Shown here: positions 62,545 to 64,000 of the stretch, piece by piece
Layout of the letters: every line of letters starts with the position of its first letter
How positions within the stretch are numbered: the stretch's first letter is position 1
NCBI GenBank assembly: GCA_964188305.1
Contig: OZ076897.1
Strand: one strand, 5' to 3'
From: Podarcis bocagei
Lineage: Eukaryota
DNA length: 64,000 nucleotides
Notes under the pieces: generated by a model
Seen by the model: only the letters and a program-made list of their open reading frames with translations
What the model was told of the DNA's origin: nothing
The model's database searches: none
Position numbers and translations under genes: made by a program

Positions 62545-62808
62545 CTGTATTTTTCCGTGTATAAGACATAGCTGTCAACTTTTCCCTTTTCTTGCGAGGA
62601 ATCCTATTAAGAATAAGGGAATTTCCCTTAAAAAGAGGGAAAAGTTGACAGCTATTGTATAAGACTAGGTTTTCCCCCCTAAAAAATAATTTCCAAAATT
62701 TGGGGGCGTTTTATACACAGATAGATCTTTCCCCATTTTCTTAAATCATAGTCCCCAAAAATAGGGGGTGTCTTATACATGGGGCGTCTTATAGATGGAA
62801 AAATATGG
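62545..62808. mobile_element. TA-flanked Tc1/mariner (Tc2/pogo-like) MITE hosting a smaller MITE
   Basis: TA|ctgtatttttccgtgtataagac ... gtcttatagatggaaaaatatgg|TA inverted ends. Confidence 0.78.
62567..62656. mobile_element. 90-bp hAT-type MITE with 8-bp TSD gtataaga
   Basis: TIRs catagctgtcaacttttccct / agggaaaagttgacagctat; TSD at 62559-62566 and 62657-62664. Confidence 0.9.
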
Positions 62809-63381
62809 TAATCCAGAGCAGATGGTGTTAAATGTGGACTTTCCCCCCACCCACCCACAGTGAAGAAGCTGCATCCAATTCGTAGCTCAACATCAAGGTC
62901 AACGGGGAAGCCCTTGCGCTTGCTGGAGCTCCATGAGTACACTGGAGCACCCATGTGCTGAAGTGCCCTGGAAAGAGCGTTCTGCAAGCAGGTCGCTGCA
63001 TGCAGGTTTGTTGCACCAGAGGCACAAAAGGCTACATTTGGGAGGGCAGGAAATCTCTGCATGCAACACTCAGGGTGTCTGCATGACACGTGGCGTGCAT
63101 ACCAACTAACAGATGATCAGCATTGCCAGCTATGGGTTAAGAGGACTGAGCACATTTTAGGCAGGTAGGAGAGGAAATCTGGAAGCACAGCAATGAAAGT
63201 GCTTCCTCCAGCTGGGATCTGGATTCCCAGCATTAGGACCAAGTGATCTCTCCATTCTCATTTCAACTAACAGATGGATTTGAGAAACAAATGAATGCAG
63301 AAACAAAAAGTGCATTAAAAACACTATAATTCTATACATACTTATCTAATACAATGGTACATCAATGAAATTATTAAAATA

Positions 63382-63639
63382 CAGTGGTACCTCAGGTTAA
63401 GTACTTAATTCGTTCCAGAGGTCCGTTCTTAACCTGAAACTGTTCTTAACCTGAGGCACCACTTTAGCTAATGGGGCTTCCCGCTGCTGCCGCGCCGCCG
63501 GAGCATGATTTCTGTTCTCATCCTGAAACAAAGTTCTTAACCTGAAGCACTATTTCTGGGTTAGCGGAGTCTGTAACCTGAAGCGTATGTAACCTGAAGC
63601 ATATGTAACCTGAAGCGTATGTAACCTGGGGTACCACTG
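63382..63639 (+). mobile_element. Tc1/mariner MITE, family A, one extra 16-bp unit
   Basis: TA-flanked cagtggtacctc...gggtaccactg; three tgtaacctgaagc units. Confidence 0.93.
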
Positions 63640-64000
63640 TAGTAGGTTATAAATAATCGTCCTCACTACCTACTTAGTTCAAAGGCAGTTAGTAACTAGT
63701 TGACTAACGGGCTACATCTAAGGACACATGAATATACGACTTTGTTTTATAAATTGATTTTTCCAGGACCTGATCTTTTTTTAAAAAAAATGACACAGTG
63801 TAGTAGTCTTGTGGCGGTTCCAACCTGGGAAAGACCACAACTTGCCACATTGCAATTTTTTAAGGTGTTCAAGGATACAAGCTGGGAACATAGTGAAGTG
63901 ATCCTAAAACTAGTAGCAGCTGGCGAGGCAGTGCAGGTGTCACATATGAAAAGGGAGAGAGAGGGGCAGGGGCAAGGCAATGGAGAGCTTGGCGTGGGTT

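Noticed and set aside
1-64000. Prokaryotic operon, defence system or CRISPR-type novel system
   Set aside because: The sequence is a vertebrate intron with spliceosomal exons and SINE/LINE repeats; no gene-dense region, cas-like ORF or repeat-spacer array is present.

Overview
Eukaryotic (vertebrate) genomic DNA, almost certainly from a squamate reptile and most likely a lacertid lizard (inferred from Sauria SINEs, a BovB tail, a young L2 and squamate-type MITEs). The whole window lies inside the minus-strand gene DYNC1I1 (cytoplasmic dynein 1 intermediate chain 1). Three coding exons are visible with canonical AG/GT ends and consistent phases: 62195-62136 (60 nt cassette exon, RTLQWDTDPSVLQLQSDSELG), 59910-59795 (116 nt, Tctex1- and LC8-binding segment) and 4456-4367 (90 nt, acidic linker). 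They are separated by a 2.2 kb and a 55.3 kb intron. The rest is intronic: SINEs, LINE fragments (L2, CR1, L1, BovB), TA- and 8-bp-TSD MITEs (several nested), microsatellites and repeat-poor blocks that may be regulatory. Almost all ORFs in the supplied track are noise; the only long one (55833-56825) is a 5'-truncated L2 reverse transcriptase. I found no CRISPR array, RNA gene or clearly new biological system. The most unusual signals are mechanistic: two adjacent insertions with 46-47 bp flanking duplications, two L1 copies sharing the same 5' breakpoint, three MITE families built on one skeleton with swapped repeated motifs, a candidate CTCF site and splicing-regulatory motifs at the cassette exon. 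Repeat family names come from recall of consensus sequences, not database searches, and boundaries of old repeats are approximate.
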